Shown piece by piece: positions 22,876-32,100 of a stretch of DNA of 64,000 nucleotides. The DNA comes from Tubulanus polymorphus (lineage: Eukaryota > Animalia > Nemertea), in contig NC_134027.1 in the NCBI RefSeq assembly GCF_964204645.1, forward strand, positions 12,742,485-12,806,484, in the 5' to 3' direction. Under the pieces are notes generated by a model. That model ran no database searches. It was not told the DNA's origin and worked only from the letters and a program-made list of their open reading frames with translations. Both the position numbers and the translations under genes were made by a program. Positions within the stretch are counted from its first letter, which is position 1. Each line of letters opens with the position of its first letter.

Positions 22876-24003
22876 ATCATATAATAATGCAAATCCTTGA
22901 TTGTATTGAGTTTGAATTGAGTTAGCAATATTTTCATCAGTTACTGTATCATATTCTAAACATATATTCGATAATTTATAACCCATATCTTTAACAACGC
23001 TAGATAAAACAATTTCATTTACAGGAGCAAATGTTATTTCGAATATAACATCTTCTTGAATTGCGTATTTATATAAAGGTGCATTATTATTTATCAATTC
23101 AAAATCTAATGGAATTTTATATTCCTTTTTTTTAATTTTTGTTAATATATTTTCTGGAATCGATCTATTTTTATCATTATGAATTGAATCTTCAAATAAT
23201 ACTTTGAATTGTTTCTGTGTATCAAATGATGTATTTAAATTTCCAATTATTGGGGATCTTGTTTCAACTTGCGGACCTAAAATACATATCAAATAAGTTC
23301 TAATAGATTGATTTATTCTTTGTATACCTAATTTAGTAAAACCTTCACTATTTTCTAAAATGAAATTAATCCAACCATTATTATTATCAATTTTATAATT
23401 ATGATAAGCTCCAATTCTATGCATATAATCAATTCTTTTTATTTCATACTGTTCACCAATACCTTGCACTTTACCATGCGCTCTAAAATCGGATTTAATA
23501 TTTCTATTAAATTCATTACATATTTTATAAAACTTAGATAGATTAATATTATTATCCAATTCTTTAAAATATTTAGACCCAGGCAAAGGACATTCTAATT
23601 CATTTAATATTATTCTGATTAGAAAATATGTGTGAAATCTAAATATTGTGTGAATTAATTTTAAATCAGAATAATTCAAATTTTTATCTAAGTTATTTAA
23701 ATGATCATTCCAACTTATACAACAACCAGTTGTTGCACAATAAACAGCAAAAGTTAATTGATTCTGCCAATATTTCATATTAGATTTTACTTTATATATA
23801 TGATATCCATTTCGAGTAAAAGTAACTTCATATGTATTAATTATATTTTCCATTTTAGAAATGAAAAACTCAGTAACATAAATTTCTAAATTAGTTAATG
23901 AATTTAAAACTAAATTTTTATATGAAATATCTTTATTAAAATCTATTGCAGGAATATTATATTTAATTGATTTATTATATTGGAAAGCTTTTGGAAACCC
24001 CAT
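22876..24003 (-). pseudogene. Copy 1 deletion fusion: conserved protein (paralog of 12283-13603) joined to the middle of MCP
   Basis: ...DKNRSIPENI joins YKIPLDFELINNNAPLYKY...QGFALLYD, then runs into the TSD and TIR of copy 2. Confidence 0.8.
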
Positions 24004-24019
24004 TTATATAATAAAAAAA

Positions 24020-24454
24020 TTAATAATTTATTAATTCTTTTAATAATTTATCTTGTTCTTCAACTGTTATATGGCCATTTAAACTTTTTATATAATCTAG
24101 TGTATTCTTCAATTTATTAATTTCTTTTATATTAGTTTTAATTTTTTCTTTATTACATTTTATATTTAATTTTGAACTTATACCAGTTAAAACACTTGAT
24201 GATAATCCTAACACACCAATTGATATAGCTAAAGGTGTTAATGGACTGAATATTGCTAGAAATGTTATTACAGAACTAATTGTAACTGAACCACTGATAA
24301 TAAAATAATATATAATTTTACTTTTTAAATATTTTTTCTTTTTTATCTTTAAGTCACTTTTAAATTCTAATATTTGTTTTTCTAAATATATTTTTAATTT
24401 AGTTTTATTTATATCATGAGGAATAATATCAATATTATCAACTTTATCATCCAT
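24020..24454 (-). CDS. Small two-TM protein, copy 1 (144 aa)
   Basis: Longer paralog of 13620-13940; TAAATG start. Confidence 0.75.
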   Translation of the reverse strand: MDDKVDNIDIIPHDINKTKLKIYLEKQILEFKSDLKIKKKKYLKSKIIYYFIISGSVTISSVITFLAIFSPLTPLAISIGVLGLSSSVLTGISSKLNIKCNKEKIKTNIKEINKLKNTLDYIKSLNGHITVEEQDKLLKELINY

Positions 24455-24473
24455 TTATTTAGCAAATAATTTA

Positions 24474-24882
24474 CTAATTAGTAAATTTATATGCTACAAA
24501 TATAACAATAACTGTTCCACCTAAAATCCAAATTATTTCATATTTCTGTTGTTCTTTAATTGGGGTGTAACAATCTGATAATTTAGGTTTGTATAGATGT
24601 AATTTTTCTTTATTGGTTACCGCGTTATATAAACTCATTGCATCATCAACTGATTGAAAATCTCTATGTGAAATCTTCTGATCATATAATTCCTTGTTAA
24701 TATAATCCATGTAATTTTGTCTCTTCTGCAGCTTTATTATATTTCTCTAATGCTAAGTTATGTCTTTTTTGTTCTGATAATGAACCATTTTTATCAATAT
24801 GCTTAAATAAATAACCACCACCAGTAAATGCTAAAGCGTTAACAATTGCCGATCTTATAATAGTTATAATTGCAGAAGCCAT
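24474..24882 (-). pseudogene. Small membrane protein, copy 1, frameshifted
   Basis: Two ORFs that together match 13961-14383. Confidence 0.8.
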
Positions 24883-24907
24883 TTATTTAACAAAAAAAAT
24901 ATGCATG

Positions 24908-25484
24908 TGTATGGGAGGAATATATTTTTGTTTTTCCAAACAATCAATAGTTAAATTAGATAAAGTAACTGCTAATGTTAATTTTAAAATATCATTGATA
25001 TCAAATCTATCAACATTAACACTTCCCATTTTAAATATTTTTTTAATACCATTGAATAACCAACAGTTCCAACTGATAGTAAGGCTCCATTATATAATCC
25101 AGTTATTATCCACTTATTATCGCTCATTTTTTAATCAAAAAAATTACTATCTTCAAAATATTTAGTTATCTTAGTGATGATTAATTCAACATTTATTTCA
25201 TTACTACTTTTATGATTATCATATATTTTAGATAATATGTTTTTAATATCATCAATAATTCCCAAAAGTTTAGCTTTAGGTTTTTTTACCATAAATTTAT
25301 GTTTTTCAATATTAGACAACCTTATCTTTATTCTATCAGAACTATCACTTTTTAAAAATCTAATACTAAACCCGGAATTACTACCTAACTTGTGCCAGGC
25401 TTTTCTATTAATTTCTTGTGCCAATGTATCTAAATTATATAACCCTGATTTTAAATATATATAGGACCATTCATTTTTACCATT
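24908..25484 (-). pseudogene. Copy 1 remnants: 73-aa gene paralog, and a penton fragment fused to the 118-aa gene C-terminus
   Basis: LKSGLYNLDTLAQEINRK...FMVKKPKAKLLGII joins SNEINVELIITKITKYFEDSNFFD. Confidence 0.7.
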
Positions 25485-26913
25485 TGTTCCCGTAGCTCTA
25501 AGTTAGTTAGTTTTTAAGTTAAGAAGCAAAGTAATTTTAAGATAGTACCAGGCGGTGCTGCCCCAAAAAAAACAGGAAGTGAGGCAGAGCATGCTTCAGG
25601 AAGGAGAATGGAGGCCTCCCAAGAGATAATCAAGAAATATCCAAAGTAATCCTTATGACCAAAGGTAACATTTGGTCCAATCGAGCCGGATAAATGTTTA
25701 TAAGGATGTTCAGAATTACTTTGCTGGGTTTTTGTGGTTTTTTAATGTTTTTAACTAACAAAATATCAGCACTTAAATTCGAGGTGTTCACTCAAGACCA
25801 AAAAGCCTGGTCAAGCTATTATGTCATTATACAGTCCTCTGCTCTGGAAAGTGTATCACTTTGTGTCAAGTTGTTTTAATTCATATTTTTGTCGTTAGAA
25901 TCTGTACAGGTGCGCTAGCCATGAAGTTTTCAATTAAATGAGCTCTCCATGCCAAGTTTATGTATGTTTATAAAACCCTAAATGTGTTAAGCTATGTAAG
26001 ATACACCAGCAGTGCCTTTATATCTCAAGTTAGTGATATTGATATTTAAAGTTTTTTTCCTGCACACAAGAACGGTGCAGCTTTTAAGGAGGTACAGAGG
26101 TGCTTTTGTCGCTGTATGTTAGGGTAAAGAATTGCACATAAGGTGCTATAAAGTCATAAGTCTATTTGTATCCCAGTGCTCAGATTTGCACTCTAGTTCG
26201 CTGCACATAAGGTGCTCGTAAAGTTATAATTTTAGGGATACAGGTGTGCTTGTTGATTTAAGGTTTCAAAGTTTATGCTAAGTTGAGTAAAAGCAGCATA
26301 ATTAATATTAAGTTTATATAAGGTTATAAGTTTTGCACACAAGGTGCCAAGACAAGTTTATACGTTTTATGTAAATACCTGAAAAGTGTTTTTGTACTTC
26401 AGTTTGCCAGTATTTGGTACTAAAGTTCTTGCACACAGGGTGCGGTTTATGTTTTAAGTACTGGGTACAGAAGCGCTCGTCAGCGTATACGTATAAATCA
26501 TCAGGTTTATCATAATAAACTTGTTACACAAAGTTTAAGATAATTTAAGTTACTGTAGCTATAAGTTTTTAAGTTATTCTACAGTTTAAAGTCAAAGAAG
26601 TTTTAAATTTAGTCTATTATTAGATTTAAGTTAAAGTATAATATTTAAAGGTTAAGAACACAAAGTTCAAAGTATTGTTTTATATTAGCCGCTATATTTA
26701 AGAATTAAAATGGCTGATGATCTACAAAAGTTTCTTGACAGTAGACCTATTGCTTGTCGAAAGTTTACGCAGACGCATAAGTTTGTTCATGACCTGCGCA
26801 TCAAAGCAGAAACTTTGTATGATGGTGGAAAACATGATGAGGCCCAAGTAGCTATCGCAAAGGCTATAGCAGCAAGAGCCAACTTACAGAAAGTCTACGA
26901 GGCACTAGAGGTC
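25485..26913 (+). mobile_element. 5' part of a BEL/Pao-like LTR retrotransposon (LTR 25485-25670, PBS 25673-25690, leader, gag start)
   Basis: TGTTCC...GGTAACA LTR ends, followed after 2 nt by TGGTCCAATCGAGCCGGA, close to the tRNA-Tyr-type PBS TGGTCCTTCGAGCCGGA. Leader has repeated GCACA(C/T)AAGGTGC motifs. Confidence 0.72.
26710..26913 (+). pseudogene. Probable gag N-terminus, truncated by Polinton copy 3
   Basis: Helical ORF MADDLQKFLDSRPIACRKFTQTHK... about 1 kb after the PBS. Its last 17 aa in the ORF track come from the TIR. Confidence 0.55.
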
Positions 26914-27382
26914 AGTAATAGGGGTAATGGGCTTTCAGGCCAAAGGTCGAAGGGTCGAGTTCATTAAAAACAAAACATTAAAAGTAATTTAAAACTATAA
27001 TATATTTTCATAACCGTGTGTATTTTATATTATAACTAAATATTTATTCTAAGATATCAATAATTTAAATTTAAAAAGCATATTGTATTAAATCAATTGG
27101 TCGCTCCACTTCGCTCCCGCTCCGCTCCGCGACCAATTGATTCATTTACAATACACAAATTCATATAATCAAATATATTCAAATAATAATAATTATTCTA
27201 TTATTCAACTGAAATATACACGGTTATGAAAATATATTATAGTTTTAAATTACTTTTAATATTTGTTTTTTAATGAACTCGGCCATTCAACCTTTAACCT
27301 GAAAGCCCATTACCCCTATTACTCTTAAAATATTCATATACATGAATAACATTTAAATTGACAGATTATTCAATATAAAAGT
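26914..27382. repeat. TIR of copy 3 with 410-bp fold-back (26914-27323)
   Basis: Near-identical to 1923-2391. Confidence 0.95.
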
Positions 27383-27529
27383 ATATATTTACAACATTAT
27401 TTCAATATTTATATTTGTATGAGTTAGATTTTTAAACATTAAAAGTGTTAGCAAAGTGTGATTGAACTAATGCATGATATAAATCATTGAACTTCTAAAA
27501 TCAATTTTAATAAAAAATTTAGTATTAAA

Positions 27530-27817
27530 ATGGAAGCAAATAAGTACTACTGTCCAACATGTAATATCAATATAGATAAATCCCAAAAAGCAAGACACAA
27601 TAAAACTAAAACACATTTAGAGAATAAATTGAAATTAGAATATGAAGATGATATATTAGAAACTAAATTAGATGAATTAAAGAATGAAAAAGAAACATAC
27701 AAATGTGATACATGTAATCAACCATTCAGTGATAAAAGATATTATAATGAGCATTTAAAATCTAAAAGTCATATTAGAAATAAGAATAATGATATTTTAA
27801 GGAATGAAAAAGGATGA
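27530..27817 (+). pseudogene. pPolB N-terminal double C2H2 zinc-finger fragment
   Basis: YYCPTC...HNKTKTH and YKCDTC...HLKSKSH; same sequence as 22443-22180 on the minus strand. Confidence 0.8.
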
Positions 27818-27884
27818 CGTTAGTCGAAGAAATGGAAGAGGATTCTAAAATGTTAATCAATTTTAATAAAAATATATATTATAA

Positions 27885-28667
27885 ATGGAGGAACAATCAC
27901 AAGCTATACATATAAACAATAATGGTGTAATAAATATATGCTATAAGAAATGTAATAAGTGTGAATTGAATAAATCATTAACAGAATTTCAAAAAAATAA
28001 AACTAAAAAAGATGGCAAACAAACATATTACAAAAGCTGTACTAAACTATACAATAACAAATTTCTTGAAAATAATCCAAATTATTCAACACAATATTAT
28101 ATGGATAATATTGAAAAATTCAAAGTTAGAAATAAACAATGGAGAGAAAATCACTCAGATTATATAACCGAATATATGAGAGAATGGAGGGATAATAATA
28201 GAGAATATTATAAAGCGTATCAAAATAATTATAAGAAAGAAAGATATCGAACAGATTCTAATTACAAATTGAAAAAATGTTTAAGATCTAAAGTATCAAA
28301 ATTATTCAGTAAAGAAAACCACTCAGTTACACTAGCTCATTTATTGGATTGTTCAGATAAATTTTTTAAATCATGGATAATATATCAATTCGATGATAAA
28401 ATGAATATAAATAATTATGGCAATTATTTTCATATTGATCATGTGTTACCAATATCTAAATTTGACATGAATGATGAATATGATAAAAAGTTAATTTGGA
28501 ATTGGAAAAACCTGAGACCTCTTGAAAAGAAGGAAAATATGATTAAACATGACAAACTAAATTTACAGTTATATTTAGAACGGTTAACAAAAGTAAAGAA
28601 ATTCATTGAATTATGGAACAATAATCCAAATAATGAACAATATGTTGAATCTTTATTGAGTGGTTAA
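27885..28667 (+). CDS. HNH endonuclease, intact 260-aa ORF
   Basis: KKCNKC; FHIDHVLPISKF...WKNLRPLEKKENMIKHDK; TAAATG start. Confidence 0.85.
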   Translation: MEEQSQAIHINNNGVINICYKKCNKCELNKSLTEFQKNKTKKDGKQTYYKSCTKLYNNKFLENNPNYSTQYYMDNIEKFKVRNKQWRENHSDYITEYMREWRDNNREYYKAYQNNYKKERYRTDSNYKLKKCLRSKVSKLFSKENHSVTLAHLLDCSDKFFKSWIIYQFDDKMNINNYGNYFHIDHVLPISKFDMNDEYDKKLIWNWKNLRPLEKKENMIKHDKLNLQLYLERLTKVKKFIELWNNNPNNEQYVESLLSG

Positions 28668-28925
28668 AGATTAATACATCTCAAATAAAATATAATAAAA
28701 ATTACATACCTTCAACTAGCCATTATTTCTATTTTAATTTTTAATATTTTCTTTTACAATTCTTTTCAAAAGAGAATACTTTACATCACAAATAAAAAAA
28801 ACAAAAAAAAAAAACAATAACTAATACTAAAATTCTTTACCTTTAACTAAGCTAGTATTAATCTAAAGAGATACTGGTATCATTTATAATACTTATATTT
28901 TTTTCGCTTTTTTTCTCTAATATAA

Positions 28926-29122
28926 ATGTCAAAGAAATCTAATAAGAATAGTATTGATATTGAAAAAACATTAGATGATTTGGGTATAAGTGATAATAAA
29001 AATACAGTTGTAACTAATTGTGCTCAAGTTAATCGTAATATAGATTATGAATACTATTTATATTGTAAGCATCATCTAGAACTATTGATTGCCGGTGGAA
29101 AAACTAAAGAGTTTTTAAATAG
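28926..29122 (+). pseudogene. Truncated paralog of the 202-aa gene
   Basis: MSKKSNKNSIDIEKTLDDLGISDNK...HLELLIAGGKTKEFL, then the junction with the array. Confidence 0.8.
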
Positions 29123-29181
29123 AAATATAGCTGCAAAGCAGCGATAACGGGTTTTCTGCACAGTCTTAGAATCCTGTTCAA

Positions 29182-29415
29182 CGGTGGATTTTAACAAAGC
29201 ATTTGATAAGGTTCAACATCAGCCATTACTAAAGAGTCTATTAGGAAACAGTATCAATGATAGGTCGTTAAAATGGCTCAGCAGTTATCTCTGAACGGAA
29301 ACTTGTAACCGAAATCAACGGAACGCCTCATCTTGGAATGAGACGGTCTAACTAGTGGAGTCACGCAAGGTAGTATCCTAAGTCGTCTTCTGTTTAATGT
29401 CCTGACAAATGACAT
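29182..29415 (+). pseudogene. Non-LTR (CR1/L2-like) reverse transcriptase relic; further copies near 34637, 42821, 49570, 52977, 55896, 60331
   Basis: VDFNKAFDKVQHQPLLKSL...LKWLSSYL and LTSGVTQGSILSRLLFNVLTNDI match DFxKAFD and SGVPQGSxLGPxLF; stops and frameshifts present. Confidence 0.85.
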
Positions 29416-29832
29416 ACACAGTAATCCAAAATATACCAGACCGAGTAAATTTCCAAAACGACCTTAACACACTGTTCGACCAAAAATCTTAATGTTCCGA
29501 CAAAACCACGGGGACAAAACCAAAATTATGAATTGTCGCGGGTGACAAAACCAAAATATTGAATTGTCACGGGCAACAAAACAAAAATAATGAATTGTCA
29601 CGGGCGACAAAACAAAAATAATGAATTGTAGCGGGCGATAAAACCAAAATAATGAATTGTCGCGGGCGATAAAACCACAATAATGAATTGTCGCGGGCGT
29701 TAAAACCAAAATATTGAATTGTCGCGGCGATAAAACCAAAATAATGAATTGTCGCGGACGATAAAAACAAAATATGAATTTTTGCGTGCGACAAAACCAG
29801 AATAATGAATTGTCGCGGGAGACAAAACCAAA

Positions 29833-32100
29833 CTAGGGGTCCAGGGACACCATGCTCACTTGGGAAGTGGTTTCAAATGCTCAACAATCTAACAATTTCA
29901 ATACATAACGCCCTCTAGTGACCATATACAAAAACCGATGACCTTGGAACCCACCACAATCATAGAACATGTGAGCAGCTATGATTTTGTAATTGATTGT
30001 GATAACAAAATATGCCTCGTTACCAATTTAATATGGAAATACTAAGTTATTCTACTATTCAACGCCCCCTGGTGACCATATGCAAAACCCAATGACCTTA
30101 AAACTCACCACAATCGTAGTACATGTCATGAAACACAACGTTGCAATTGATCATAGTAACAAAATATGCCTAGGTACCAATCTAATAAGGGAATACTAAG
30201 CCATTCTACTATTCAGCGCCCCCTGGTGACTATATGGAATAACTAATGTCCTTAAAAACTCACCACAATCATAGACGATGTCATGAACTACAACTTTGCA
30301 ATGGATCATGGTAACAAACTATGCCTAGGTACCAATCTAATAAGGAAAAACTAAGCTTTTCTACTATTCAACGCCCCCTGGTGTCTATATGGAATAACTA
30401 ATGTCCTTAAAAACTCACCACAATCATAGACGATGTCATGAACTACAACTTTGCTATTGATCATGGTAACAATATATGCCTTGGTACAAATATAATATAG
30501 AGATACTAAGTTATTGTATTATTCAACGCCCCCTGATAGCCACATACAAAAACCAATGACCTTGAAACTCACCAAAATCATAGAACTCGTTATGGGCTAC
30601 AACTTTCCAATTGAATATAGTAACACAATATGCTTAGGTATCAATTAATTGTGGAAAAACTTTTTCATACCTACCAATGAGTACTGATGACACCAAGATG
30701 GCCGCCAATTGCGTCATAATTGGCTGATCAAAAATACCTGTCCCAGGTATAAAACATCCCTCTCTAAAGAATATCCATCAGCAATTGCAATGAGAAATGG
30801 CAAACCAGTAGGAAGCTACAGGACCTAGAATTCTGGCCAAAATTGACATTTTTGGGCACTAAAAAGGTCATAGGACGGCCATCTTGAGTCAGATCGACCC
30901 AATTTTCATATGCTGATGGGCCTTTGGTAGATTCAAATATAAACGAAAGATCGAGGTAATTGATCAAAGCGTCTTCAAAATTTCCCACGAAAACTTCGAA
31001 AATGTTAAAAAAGTGCTGATTTTGGCATACAACAATGGCTGCCAGTCGGCCATCTTGAATCTGACAGGGCTAGTTTTTGGGCTGACGATGTGTCTAGGGT
31101 AGACACATGTATAAACCAAATATCAAGACATTACCTTGAAGCGTCTTCAAAACTTTAATATGGAAATACTAAGTTATTCTACTATTCAACGCCCCCTGGT
31201 GACCATATGCAAAACCCAATGACCTTAAAACTCACCACAATCGTAGTACATGTCATGAAATACAACTTTGCAATTGATCATAGTAACAAAATATGCCTAG
31301 GTACCAATCTAATAAGGAAATACTAAGCCATTCTACTATTCAGTGCCCCCTGGTGACTATATGGAATAACTAATGTCCTTAAAAACTCACCACAATCATA
31401 GACGATGTCATGAACTACAACTTTGCAATGGATCATGGTAACAAACTATGCCTAGGTACCAATCTAATAAGGGAAAAACTAAGCTTTTCTGCTATTCAAC
31501 GCCCCCTGGTGACTATATGGAATAACTAATGTCCTTAAAAACTCACCACAATCATAGACGATGTCATGAACTATAACTTTGCCATTGATCATGGTAACAA
31601 AATATGCCTTGGTACAAATATAATATAGCGGTACTAAGTTATTGTATTATTCAACGCCCCCTGATGGCCACATACAAAAACCAATGACCTTGAAACCAAA
31701 ATCATAGAACAGGGCTACAACTTTCCAATTGAATATAGTAACACAATATGCTTAGGTATCGATTAATTGTGGAAAAACTTTTTCCCACCTACGAATGAGT
31801 ACTGATGACACCAAGATGGCCGCCAATTGCGTCATAATTGGCTGATCAAAAATACCTGTCCCAGGTATAAAACATCCCTCTCTAAAGAATATCCATCAGC
31901 AATTGCAATGAGAAATGGCAAACCAGTAGGAAGCTACAGGACCTAGAATTCTGGCCAAAATTTACATTTTTGGGCACAAAAAAGGTCATAGGACGGCCAT
32001 CTTGAGTCAGATTGACCCAATTTTCTTATGCTGATGGGCCTTTGGTAGATTCAAATATAAACGAAAGATCAAGGCAATTGATCAAAGCGTCTTCAAAATT
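29833..32100 (-). mobile_element. HINE/pearl-like non-autonomous Helentron, internally duplicated and 5'-truncated
   Basis: CTAG end with GGTCC/GGAC stem-loop, subTIR GCTCACTTGGGA, and 154-155-bp tandem repeats in two blocks. Confidence 0.75.

Larger units (their letters stand above)
1..25484 (-). mobile_element. Polinton/Maverick copy 1 (outer, decayed; occupies 1-1922 and 22876-25484, both ends outside or lost)
   Basis: Carries ATPase, integrase, MCP, small structural genes and a penton fragment, all paralogous to copy 2. Its MCP reading frame is split at ATCATA by copy 2. It is cut at 25484 by an LTR element. Confidence 0.88.
26914..29122 (+). mobile_element. Polinton copy 3, opposite orientation, internally deleted and truncated by the satellite array
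   Basis: Complete TIR 26914-27382 starting AGT, then pPolB N-terminus, HNH gene and the start of the 202-aa gene. Confidence 0.9.

Noticed and set aside
22822-24003. 393-aa ORF as a genuine novel capsid fusion protein
   Set aside because: It is a deletion junction between two genes that are separate in copy 2, and its last residues are read from the TIR.
10707-25464. Plus-strand ORFs antisense to viral genes (10707, 11843, 13702, 14238, 24905, 25237)
   Set aside because: Shadows of minus-strand coding sequence, with no TAAATG starts or motifs.
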